DNA of 64,000 nucleotides from the NCBI GenBank assembly GCA_038040485.1, contig JBBPIE010000013.1, forward strand, positions 84,209 through 148,208, read 5' to 3'. The translations under genes were made by a program, and so were the position numbers. Source of the DNA: Candidatus Onstottus arcticum (GTDB taxonomy: Bacteria; Acidobacteriota; Blastocatellia; UBA7656). The notes below the pieces were generated by a model, which saw only the letters and a list, made by a program, of their open reading frames with translations, was not told the origin of the DNA and ran no database searches. This document shows positions 9,145 to 18,416 of this stretch, piece by piece (position 1 is the first letter of the stretch; the number at the start of each line of letters is the position of its first letter).

Positions 9145-10149
9145 TTAAGGGATTGTCGGGGGCGGCACCTGGATTAATGGCTTCTCCCCCCCTCCGCAGC
9201 CGATGATACAGAAGGTCCCGAAAGCAATGGCTGCCACTACCAGAAGTTTGTTTCGCGGTGTCCAAAATCCCGGAATCGTAATATGCCCGGTCCATCGTGG
9301 AACAGTTGAGCCTGGAGCATTCGCAGTGATGTCCGACGAGTTTGGCGAGCCGCCAGCAGTGAATGTTACGGTAACCACCCCTTCAATATCGTCAGTCGGT
9401 CTTGTGATACTCTGTGACCCGATTTTGCCGATGTTCTTTTTGACGGTTATCAGGACCGGTTGGCCGCGCACCGGCTTGCCATTGCAGGTGTACTGCAAGT
9501 TGATATTTTGAGCGGTCCCGCGTTGCACTCTAAGGCGGTCGGGCGCCGGTCCGGTTACGCGCCGATTACCGTCGATTGTTACTGAACGGATCGCGCAATT
9601 GATCTGGCTTGATTCAGCCTCGAGTCTTACCGTGCCGCTCCCAGCGTCGATTACCGGGTGACCGTTCCGAACCGCAATGCGAAAGCTTGCTCCGCTGGAG
9701 GATGTGTACGCAGAGCCGCAAGTCTCGATGTAGGCGATGGCCTCTTGCTGTAGTTTGACCATCATATCCCCGACGAGGAGCGTGGCGATCAGGACGGGGC
9801 GTTGAGGATCATCCGTGGGCATAGTCAATTGCGTTGCGAGCCTCACTACTGCGCCTGGTGTGAGTCTGACCTGGCCGATTGAGTCCAGCATCACACACGC
9901 TGTTGAATCGTCGGACGCTCGCAGCAACTCGCCGCCCCAGATCGGCTGCTCCCCATAAGCCGCGCGGCCGTTGATCGATATCTCGCCTAGTGAATAGACC
10001 TTGCCGATAGGAGCGAACGCGACGGCACGAACCCGAAATGGTTTGCCAATGCTGAGGTCGTCTGCGCGAGCCACTCCACTCGCACTAAGGCTCACGATCA
10101 ACGTCGCAACCGAGACCAGCCGAGATAATCGAAGACGCTGTTTCGTCAT
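9145..10149 (-). CDS. Secreted protein with FecR-like domain and C-terminal hydrophobic segment
   Basis: Signal peptide; GE.L...DDSTA.V.LDS.G.VRL.PGAVVRL pattern resembles the FecR domain; 4-bp overlap with the upstream vWA gene. Confidence 0.4.
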   Translation of the reverse strand: MTKQRLRLSRLVSVATLIVSLSASGVARADDLSIGKPFRVRAVAFAPIGKVYSLGEISINGRAAYGEQPIWGGELLRASDDSTACVMLDSIGQVRLTPGAVVRLATQLTMPTDDPQRPVLIATLLVGDMMVKLQQEAIAYIETCGSAYTSSSGASFRIAVRNGHPVIDAGSGTVRLEAESSQINCAIRSVTIDGNRRVTGPAPDRLRVQRGTAQNINLQYTCNGKPVRGQPVLITVKKNIGKIGSQSITRPTDDIEGVVTVTFTAGGSPNSSDITANAPGSTVPRWTGHITIPGFWTPRNKLLVVAAIAFGTFCIIGCGGGEKPLIQVPPPTIP

Positions 10150-13061
10150 CTCCGTTTCCCCTTTCGCTCCGCGGCCCCTCGCAAATTGCTGCCTGATCCG
10201 CCAGTTCCGGTAAGAGTTCCTCCAGGGTCAGGTGCTCCGATACTGCCGGCTGGATTCATGCGCTTCAGCGGTGGCAAAACAAGCGTCGTGTCAGATGTTT
10301 GGCGAACCGCCTGATTGTTGGCTTGACCGCAAGGGAACTCACAGCACGTAGCAGTGTTGTCCTGTCCCTTGCCACGAACTGTCACCTTAACAAACCTGGT
10401 CTTGGGGTGCTCATTCGCGTTCGAGAACCTCTGGATAACCTTTAAGCTCTGGCCCGCTCGTTTTGTCGCAGCCGTCGGAGGCGGTGGATTGACGGCTTGC
10501 GTGATCACGCCCGCAAGGGATGCAGTGTCATTGTCTACCGGAACCGTTATGCACTTTCCATTGTCAACGAATGCGAATGCGAAAACCGCTTCCACAATAT
10601 CCAACGGATTAGAGTCAAAGACGTAGAAGGTGACTTCGAATATGTCACCCGAACGAGTCAGTGTCGGAGCCGGATGATCTTGCGTCCCATCTGAATTGAT
10701 CAGAATTACCTGCGGCACTATGTGGGCGAGAATGTTGAGCGAAACTTCCCCGGCATCACTGCTGAATTTGAGCCTGCCCTGAATGAATTCCGGCAAAAGA
10801 AGTTTTGGCGAAGAGGTAAACCCGGGGACGAATCCGGGAATGGCAGGCTTGAATGTTAAGTCAAACGTCTGCGTATCGCCTGGCGCAATTTCCATTGGAA
10901 ACTCTTTTTGCGGACCTTGAGGCACAACGGAGAAAACCCCGCTCTTGTCTTTTTTCTCCTTGTTGCCCACCATTCGGAAGAGCTTGAAGTCCAAGTTGGC
11001 AAGCAAGACACAGCCGGTATTCGTGATCGTAAATGACAACGATCGACTTTCGCCCACATTGATGTCTCTAAAGTTAAGGGAGCTCGTGCTCAACACCGCT
11101 TTTGCGGAACCAGAGCAGATGGTTAGTTCCGATGTGTTTCCGTTCGAGTCTGTGAGGGTGGCTGTGTAGAAGCCGCTCGGAGAAACCGGCAGCCCGCTTG
11201 CGCTGAAACTGTTGCCGACAAGAGGCGCGCTGCCAAGGAAGATCACATTATCCAGAACAACTTTGTCCGTCGTACGTCTGAGATTGGCAGCGAATATCTC
11301 GACCGTCCCGCCACCAAGAGGAGGGCTGTTGATTTGACCTGCTATCGTCACCGTTGCAATAGCGGCGTTTCCATTGGAAGCATTCTGTACAACAACGGTG
11401 TCCGGGAAATTAAGGAGCGTGTTAGGCCCTTCATCCGCGTCTCCAACATCGTTGAGAGTTGGTCCGTCGCAAACGCTCGCAGGCTCGTTCGCCGGGAAAG
11501 GCTCGGAGCTGCCCAGGTCGATCGGAGTTTCGCTACCGGAAATATCGTTCATCGAGATCGTGTTTCCAACGTTGTGAGTTACGGCGTTGAATACACCGGG
11601 CCGTGGATCGAGCACACAGATACCTGCCTGGATGTTGTTCTCGAGTTTGTTGAGCTCGATCCGATTGAATCCCGTGTTATCGGAGGGGCAGACCGGCTGG
11701 ATGACAATTCCTGCGTGAAGGAACCCTGTGATTCTTAGGCCGCGCACGACGTCGCGGTTGGAGCGGATCATTATTCCATCGTCGAGTTGGAACTGCCCAT
11801 CAATCGACACCCTCCGATCACAAACGATCGCCTCGTCTTGCGATGTCTCCGCGCAAGTCACCTTAACCGGGATTGAAGGCGCGCAACCTGCTGCGCACCC
11901 GCAGATGGTGATGTCGGGCGCGGTGAGCGGAGGCAACGGTTGGCTCGGACGGATCGTCATCCCGGAGCTGAACGTTATTGTTGTGCGTCCGCCGTTGGCG
12001 TTTGCCGTCTCGATCGCCTGGCGCAGTGAACGTGGGCTTCCCTCCACGAACGGGGTACCTGGAGCGGTATCAGCAGTGGTAGCCACAGTGAGGCTGCGCA
12101 ACGCGATGTTGCCCCTGAGCGCCCTCCGAACGAAGTCCGCAAATTGTTTCACCTGACATCCGCACTCCTCCTCAAAGGTCGCCGTGTCGACTACACTGTG
12201 TTTCGTTTTGGGTTTGTTGCACTCGGTTGGGACGATGACCTCTACTACGCCGGGTAGATCGGCGGGCGGAGAGGGGAAGGCTAAACGTTCGACGAGTAGT
12301 TTGGCATCTTCGAGCTCTTTGGTCTCGGTCGGAACGCCAATTAAGATCACGTCCAGCTCGGCCTCACCTGCCCTTACGCGCGCTAACTGGGATGCCAGGA
12401 CGCCGTTAACACGGTCGTCGTCATTGTTGCTAGGCTCGCCGTCGGTTGACAGGATGAACACACGGCGAGCGCCTGAACCTGCAACCTGGTCGGCTTGCGA
12501 GATCGCTTTGCCGAAGTCAGTCTCGCCGGCTGGGCACGGGGGGATGTTGCTGTCGAGATCCGGACAAACCACCAGCGGTTTGATCCGGTCGGCTGCGGAC
12601 ATGGCATCCGCGTCTGAGCCTATCCGCGGCGTGAGGGGCAGGATGATCGAAGCCTCGCCATCGAACAGTACCGCGCCCACCGAAACCGAGCCGTCGCGAG
12701 GTATCACTGAAGGGTCGAGCAGCGCGCGCCGTACTCCCTCGATTTCAACGTTGTAGGTTTGCCCTCGCCCATCGCTGCTGGTGCCCTCGTGCGGACCCTC
12801 GATCTTGTTTTGCATGCTTCCCGAGCGGTCGATGATGAAGACAAGATTGGTAAGCGCTTGCGTGTCCGGACAGTCTGGAGGTTGCTCCGCTGCATGATAC
12901 CCACCGAGCCGCGGGCCCATCATCGTCACCGCGAGCCCCATCGAGATTGACAATCCAACGCAAGCGATCAATCGAAAACCTCGCAACTTGTTTCGCGTGC
13001 GACCGCGGCTTGTTTGCGCCTGTGGCAAGGCGCCGGCGATCGGGGAATCGAGCATACTCAT
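10146..13061 (-). CDS. Large secreted vWA-domain protein with parallel beta-helix-like repeats and C-terminal beta-sandwich domains
   Basis: MIDAS motif LVFIIDRSGSMQ; N-terminal TM/signal; GIVI, NRIELN..AGICV and NTISMNDISG repeats suggest a beta-helix. Start placed at ATG 13061 (MSMLDS), which has a GAGGAGG Shine-Dalgarno 8 nt upstream; the ORF track extends to 13244. Confidence 0.7.
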   Translation of the reverse strand: MSMLDSPIAGALPQAQTSRGRTRNKLRGFRLIACVGLSISMGLAVTMMGPRLGGYHAAEQPPDCPDTQALTNLVFIIDRSGSMQNKIEGPHEGTSSDGRGQTYNVEIEGVRRALLDPSVIPRDGSVSVGAVLFDGEASIILPLTPRIGSDADAMSAADRIKPLVVCPDLDSNIPPCPAGETDFGKAISQADQVAGSGARRVFILSTDGEPSNNDDDRVNGVLASQLARVRAGEAELDVILIGVPTETKELEDAKLLVERLAFPSPPADLPGVVEVIVPTECNKPKTKHSVVDTATFEEECGCQVKQFADFVRRALRGNIALRSLTVATTADTAPGTPFVEGSPRSLRQAIETANANGGRTTITFSSGMTIRPSQPLPPLTAPDITICGCAAGCAPSIPVKVTCAETSQDEAIVCDRRVSIDGQFQLDDGIMIRSNRDVVRGLRITGFLHAGIVIQPVCPSDNTGFNRIELNKLENNIQAGICVLDPRPGVFNAVTHNVGNTISMNDISGSETPIDLGSSEPFPANEPASVCDGPTLNDVGDADEGPNTLLNFPDTVVVQNASNGNAAIATVTIAGQINSPPLGGGTVEIFAANLRRTTDKVVLDNVIFLGSAPLVGNSFSASGLPVSPSGFYTATLTDSNGNTSELTICSGSAKAVLSTSSLNFRDINVGESRSLSFTITNTGCVLLANLDFKLFRMVGNKEKKDKSGVFSVVPQGPQKEFPMEIAPGDTQTFDLTFKPAIPGFVPGFTSSPKLLLPEFIQGRLKFSSDAGEVSLNILAHIVPQVILINSDGTQDHPAPTLTRSGDIFEVTFYVFDSNPLDIVEAVFAFAFVDNGKCITVPVDNDTASLAGVITQAVNPPPPTAATKRAGQSLKVIQRFSNANEHPKTRFVKVTVRGKGQDNTATCCEFPCGQANNQAVRQTSDTTLVLPPLKRMNPAGSIGAPDPGGTLTGTGGSGSNLRGAAERKGKRR

Positions 13062-13787
13062 AATCCAAGCCTCCTCAGTTGAACTGCGTGGGCTGATGCG
13101 ACTATAGGGACCGTCCCGGGACTCGGCTATGCGCATCACCAAAGCAACGCAGTTGTCAAACGAAGCACTCCTGCCTTTGACGCAAAGGCAAACCGTCAGC
13201 TTTGTAACTGTGCCTATCCTTAATTGACGAAATCTGCCGGGCAATCAATGCAAATACCCGCGCGGAAGCGGGACCTCCCCAGGGACGTGCGCGACGACCG
13301 GTCCATTTGGAGTGGGCAGGGCCGCTCCTCGAGGAAGGACCAAAAAACGCGCGTCGTCTTCCAGTGCACCGCGGGCAACGCAACTTGTCGGCTCGCGCGA
13401 AAAGCTGACGCGCACCCAAGATTGGTTTTGACCTTGCGACCGCAAAACACCTCAGGTATACTCGCGACCTCACGTATCAAAAGGAGTTAAGCCGTCGACT
13501 ATTATCCAAGCTCGGTCGCGAACGATAAGCCAGAAGCCTAAGCAAATTCACTTTGATTATTAAATCGATCGACTTTGAGTTATTATGCCGTTGATTCTGT
13601 ATTCGCAGCGCAGGAAGCCTCGAAGGGCAACCCCCTTGCAAATCATTTTCTGAGCCAACCGACATTTCGCCGCAGGCTCGCCGGCTGATGTTGGGATGAA
13701 GATACGCTCGTTCAGTCTTGCCTCGCACGGTCCGCAACGCAGCACCCGAGACCGTGCGCATTAGAGAAACTAGAGGTTCCCTTCGTT

Positions 13788-16700
13788 ATGGTTCGTGGGT
13801 TCTTCCTGACTGCCATCGCATTGCTGCTTTTCACAACGCCTAATGCGTTCGGCTCCGCTATTGCCGGCCGAGCGGCGGAGGCTGCGCCTTACACACTTGT
13901 GCTCGTCGATGGCAGCTCGAATGCGGAACTTGCCGCGGCGCGCGATTTTATCGTCGCACAGGGCGGCACGATCGCCGTTGTACTTCCGCCGCACGCGATA
14001 CTGGGATGGGTTTCAGCGGAGACGGGCGCGCGGATTCTTGGCAAGCACGGTATCAAGTCGATTCACCGCACCGTGGTGGACCAACGCTCAGCCGGCTTTT
14101 CGGATCGCGAGACCCAGACCGCGATTGGTCTGTTTAACGACATCGTCTCGGGACGGCGCGCGCGCCAGGCCAAGCGAGAAGCAAAAAAACTCTCCGCAAA
14201 GGCACTCCCGGGTCTGACCGACTGCGCGCAGCCGCATCCGGCCATTAACAAGGATGACTTTATTCGCAACCTTCGGCTGATGGGCGCGGAAGACTCAATC
14301 AAGGGAATCCAGTCGACCGTCACGCCTCAGTTCTTCTCCAACAGCGATTCCATGGACGGAACAGTCGCGGTCGCCGTCTTTTTGATCGAGAGCACCGGCG
14401 AGATCGATCCCAATACTTACTCTTGGAGCCAAGCCGATCAGACCACCGCAATCGCGCAAGTCCTCGACGGCCTGAACTGGTGGGTCGAGCAATCAAGGGC
14501 GTTCAACCTCGCCCGCCCGCTTCAGTTTACGTTGGTTCAATACACGGCTTCGAATCCAGCTTGCCAGCAGCCATACGAACCCATCTTGCACCCCGGCCGC
14601 GATGCGAATCTGTGGATAGATCGAATCATGAACAACGTTGGAGCAACGGGGGGTGATACGTTTGTGAAGGTCGCCGCCTTTGATCAACGGCTGAGAGACG
14701 AGAACCGAACCAACTGGGCTTACTCGATGTTTATCGCGTACAACCCGCCCCCGGCGCCGGCGGCTTTCACAGACGGGCGAGCTTCCTGGGCGTACATTGG
14801 CGGCCCGCACGTGAATTCGCTGTTTCGAAGCTTCGGCTGGCCGCTCTCGCGAATTGCTAGTCACGAAGCCGGACACATCTTTTTCGCGTGCGACGAGTAC
14901 TTTCAACCAGGATACCAAACCTGTAGCTGCACCTGTGCGCCTGAGTTGAGACCTGACGCGCTCAACGGCAATTGCCAGGATGCGGCGTGCGGACTCAATT
15001 CTACCGGGTGCATGATGCGGCTCAATGAGTTGTCGCTCTGTCCGTTCACCGTAGCGCAGATCGGATGGACCGGCGCGGTTCCCAAACCCGCGCCGACTGC
15101 TCCTGTAGGAGTCGTCGCAACCGGGTCCTCACCCTCGCAAGTGAACTTGATCTGGTTAGACACATCGACCGTCGAAGACGGATTCCAGATAGAGCGGCGC
15201 GGCGGATCGACCGCCGAGTTCAGCCAGGTCGGCGTTGTAAGCGGTAACACCGTAAGCTTCGCCGACTCCGGCGTGTTGGCGAACACAGCGTACGCCTATC
15301 GAATTCGCGCCTTCAACAACGCGGGCTCTTCACCTTACTCGAATGAAGCCGCGGTAGTGACGCCGTCAAGCCCCTCGGCGCTGTCAATCGCCACAACCAG
15401 CCTGCCGGACGCAACTGTTGGAGTGAGCTACAGCCGGACGCTAGTGGCAAGCGGAGGGCGGCCGGAATACGCATGGCTGGTCGAGAGCGGCGCGCTGCCG
15501 CCGGGGCTTTCGATGTCGCAATCTGGCGGCATCTCGGGCACTCCGTCCACGGGCGGCACCTTCAACTTCTCTTTGCGAGTGACTGACGCCAACGGCGGCT
15601 CGGCTGCAAAAGCGCTTACGCTGGTGGTCAAGCCGGCAGCACCCCTAAGCATCACTTCCACCCAGCTTCCCAAAGCCTCGGTCGGCGCTACCTACAGCCA
15701 GAATCTGGGCGCCTCCGGAGGACAAACTCCTTACACATGGTCGATCCAGTCAGGGAATCTGCCTGAGGGAATGACGCTCAACCAAATCGGGGTGATTTCA
15801 GGAACACCCGAGCGGTCCGGCTCTGCGAGCTTCGTCTTGAGGCTTACTGACGCGACCGCCTCAAGCGTCTCAGCCACACTCTCGATCATCATCAACCCGT
15901 CGGCCTTAATCCTGAACCTGAATACCGCGTCCTTGCCCGACGCAATCGTCGGGCAAGACTATTCACAAACGCTCAATGCAGAGGGTGGCGATCCACCCTA
16001 TCGATTTGAGATCACGAGCGGGCGACTGCCCGAAGGCTTGCGGCTATCGAGTACGGGGGTGGTCTCCGGGAAGCCCACCGCACCCGGCGAGGTCGAGTTC
16101 GACCTTCGCGTCGCTGATCAGAGCGGACAGTCTGTGGCCAAGTCTCTATCGATAGACGTCGATCCGCCCCCTCAGTTCACCATACTGAGTCCGAGCCTCC
16201 TCCCTGTTGCGGCAGTGGGCGTTCCCTATCGACTCGAGTTCAAAGCAACTGCCGGGGCGCCGCCCTATGAATGGATCAAGAAGAAGAAGAAAAAGAAGTT
16301 TGGAGTCTTGCCCGACGGCTTGACGCTTTCAAAAGACGGAGTGTTGTCCGGCACACCGACAACACAGGGTACTTTTAATTTCACCTTGCGAGCGTTCGAC
16401 GCCAACGAAAAACTGGCGTCCAGTCCGTTCACTATTGAGGTTGGTCCGCCTCCGCCTCCGTTGGCGATAAGAACCGAAGCCCTTCCGCAGGCGCTGCAGG
16501 GCCTTCCCTATTCGGCGGCCCTCGAAGCGTTTGGAGGCATAGGTCCTTACACCTGGGAGATTGAAAGCGGAGCCGTGCCTGCCGGCTTAGTCATGAGCGC
16601 TCAGGGCGTTATCTCCGGGACAGCGGCATCGGCCGGCGTAGGAACTTTTACAGTTCGAGCCAAAGATACGCTTGGCACTTCGACTGTAAAATCGCTGTTC

Positions 16701-18401
16701 ATAACCGTAACCCTTCCGCCTCCTCCGCTGGTGATACTGACCGTGTCGCTGCCCGAGACGTCAGCCGAGAAGTTCTATTCCCAAACACTGTTCGCCAGCG
16801 GCGGCGTCCCTCCCTACGCGTGGACCATCTCGAGCGGCAGCCTGGCGGCCGGGTTGAATCTTTCCGCGGGTGGCACGCTTTCCGGGACGCCGACCGGCCC
16901 GGGAACCAGCGTCTTCGTTGTGCGTCTGACGGATTCCGCGCAGCAGTCAGTCACGCGGACGCTGGCCGTCACCGTCAAACCTGCGGACAAATTGGCGCCG
17001 TTCGGCGCGTTCGAGACCCCGGATTACGGCGCAACGCTCAACAACATCGCAACCGGAACCGGTTGGGCTTTGGACAATGTTGGAGTGGCGACTGTCGAAG
17101 TCATTCTAGACGGCCAGAAGGTCAGCGAAGGGGTCTACGGTTTAAGCCGTCCCGATGTCGGCTCCGTCTGGGGTAGCTTCCCCAACGCCGCGCGAGCGGG
17201 TTTCAGCTTCAGTCTCGACACGACCAGGTTCAGCAACGGCCAACACACGCTTGCCGTTCGGGTCCTGGACGCCGCGGGCAACGCAACTTTGATTGGAGCG
17301 CGCCCTGTACTCTTCCAGAATCAGGTTCTCATTGTCGTCACCACCAACGTGACGCGTGGCACGAAGAACCAGCCGTATAGTTTCCAATTGTTGGCGGCCA
17401 ACGGAAAGCCTCCTTACTCGTGGACGGTAAGTTCAGGTTCATTGCCCCCAGGGCTCTCGCTAAATCTTGCGGGCGTAATCTCGGGCACGCCCACCGTTGT
17501 CAACAACTTCACGTTCACAGTGCGCGTGACCGATTCGGTTGGAGCCGCGGCGCTGGCAAGCTTTTCGCTAACCATCTTGTCCGACATCCCGATTCTCAGA
17601 GTTCTAAGCTCGGGTCCGCAGACGCAGGGCCTCACCGGAGTTGCGTACTCTCAACAACTCTTCTTCACAGGCGGCGTGCCGCCCGTTGTCTGGAGTATGG
17701 GAACCGGTTCACTCCCGCCGGGACTGACCCTGGGCGGCGCATCGGGGATAATCTCGGGCACGCCAACGCATGTCGGGACGTTCAACTTCACCGTACGAGT
17801 GACCGACTCCGTGCAGACTACCGATGATTCAGATCCGATCTCGATCACCGTACTCCCGGGCCCGCTTCTTATCCTGACCACCGGCGATCTAACCAAAGGC
17901 ACCAAGGGCACGCCGTATTCGTTTGTGTTGCAGAAAGCCGGCGGAGCGCCGGCTTACACCTGGTCGCTCGCAAGCGGAGCGTTGCCTCCGGGTCTTGCGC
18001 TCAACGCCACGACCGGAGCTATCAGCGGCACGCCGACTCTGGATGGCGAGTTCACATTCACGGTCAAGCTCACCGATTCACTGCTCGTGAACGTCACGTC
18101 GGGGACTTTGAGGATCATCGTCGACCCGGCGCCGCTGGTGATCACCAGCGGGGGCGATCTGACGTCGGGCAAGCTCAACGTCAACTACTCGTTCCAGCTC
18201 CTGTTCACCGGAGGCAGAGCGCCGTACACATGGGCTCTCGCAACTGGAGCGCTTCCAACAGGACTGACGCTGGACACGGCAACCGGACTCATCTCGGGCA
18301 AGCCTACTGCAATCGGCACATTCACGTTCACGGTTAGCTTAACTGATGGCCAGCCGGTAACGGTGCAATCCCAAACGCTCAGGATAGCAATAACGCCGTG
18401 A
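13788..18401 (+). CDS. Giant secreted protein with a putative HEXXH zinc-metallopeptidase domain, an FN3 domain and about 12 He_PIG-type (putative Ig) repeats
   Basis: Signal peptide; SHEAGHIFFACDEY; FN3-like PSQVNLIWLD..YAYRIRAFN; about 95-aa repeats with consensus LP.A.VG..YS..L.A.GG.PPY.W.i.SG.LP.GL.L...G.isGTPT..G.F.FT.RVTD. Confidence 0.7.
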   Translation: MVRGFFLTAIALLLFTTPNAFGSAIAGRAAEAAPYTLVLVDGSSNAELAAARDFIVAQGGTIAVVLPPHAILGWVSAETGARILGKHGIKSIHRTVVDQRSAGFSDRETQTAIGLFNDIVSGRRARQAKREAKKLSAKALPGLTDCAQPHPAINKDDFIRNLRLMGAEDSIKGIQSTVTPQFFSNSDSMDGTVAVAVFLIESTGEIDPNTYSWSQADQTTAIAQVLDGLNWWVEQSRAFNLARPLQFTLVQYTASNPACQQPYEPILHPGRDANLWIDRIMNNVGATGGDTFVKVAAFDQRLRDENRTNWAYSMFIAYNPPPAPAAFTDGRASWAYIGGPHVNSLFRSFGWPLSRIASHEAGHIFFACDEYFQPGYQTCSCTCAPELRPDALNGNCQDAACGLNSTGCMMRLNELSLCPFTVAQIGWTGAVPKPAPTAPVGVVATGSSPSQVNLIWLDTSTVEDGFQIERRGGSTAEFSQVGVVSGNTVSFADSGVLANTAYAYRIRAFNNAGSSPYSNEAAVVTPSSPSALSIATTSLPDATVGVSYSRTLVASGGRPEYAWLVESGALPPGLSMSQSGGISGTPSTGGTFNFSLRVTDANGGSAAKALTLVVKPAAPLSITSTQLPKASVGATYSQNLGASGGQTPYTWSIQSGNLPEGMTLNQIGVISGTPERSGSASFVLRLTDATASSVSATLSIIINPSALILNLNTASLPDAIVGQDYSQTLNAEGGDPPYRFEITSGRLPEGLRLSSTGVVSGKPTAPGEVEFDLRVADQSGQSVAKSLSIDVDPPPQFTILSPSLLPVAAVGVPYRLEFKATAGAPPYEWIKKKKKKKFGVLPDGLTLSKDGVLSGTPTTQGTFNFTLRAFDANEKLASSPFTIEVGPPPPPLAIRTEALPQALQGLPYSAALEAFGGIGPYTWEIESGAVPAGLVMSAQGVISGTAASAGVGTFTVRAKDTLGTSTVKSLFITVTLPPPPLVILTVSLPETSAEKFYSQTLFASGGVPPYAWTISSGSLAAGLNLSAGGTLSGTPTGPGTSVFVVRLTDSAQQSVTRTLAVTVKPADKLAPFGAFETPDYGATLNNIATGTGWALDNVGVATVEVILDGQKVSEGVYGLSRPDVGSVWGSFPNAARAGFSFSLDTTRFSNGQHTLAVRVLDAAGNATLIGARPVLFQNQVLIVVTTNVTRGTKNQPYSFQLLAANGKPPYSWTVSSGSLPPGLSLNLAGVISGTPTVVNNFTFTVRVTDSVGAAALASFSLTILSDIPILRVLSSGPQTQGLTGVAYSQQLFFTGGVPPVVWSMGTGSLPPGLTLGGASGIISGTPTHVGTFNFTVRVTDSVQTTDDSDPISITVLPGPLLILTTGDLTKGTKGTPYSFVLQKAGGAPAYTWSLASGALPPGLALNATTGAISGTPTLDGEFTFTVKLTDSLLVNVTSGTLRIIVDPAPLVITSGGDLTSGKLNVNYSFQLLFTGGRAPYTWALATGALPTGLTLDTATGLISGKPTAIGTFTFTVSLTDGQPVTVQSQTLRIAITP
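16278..16298 (+). repeat. (AAG)n/(AAA) purine-only tract encoding KKKKKKK inside a He_PIG repeat
   Basis: aagaagaagaagaaaaagaag read directly from the sequence; it replaces the x-SG segment present in paralogous repeats. Confidence 0.9.
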
Positions 18402-18416
18402 GTCTCGCCGGGTGGT

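Noticed and set aside
13245-13787. Small ORFs (13156..13490 region) in the divergent intergenic region
   Set aside because: Multiple mutually overlapping ORFs on both strands with Arg-rich translations, consistent with non-coding GC-rich DNA. It is more likely a shared promoter region.
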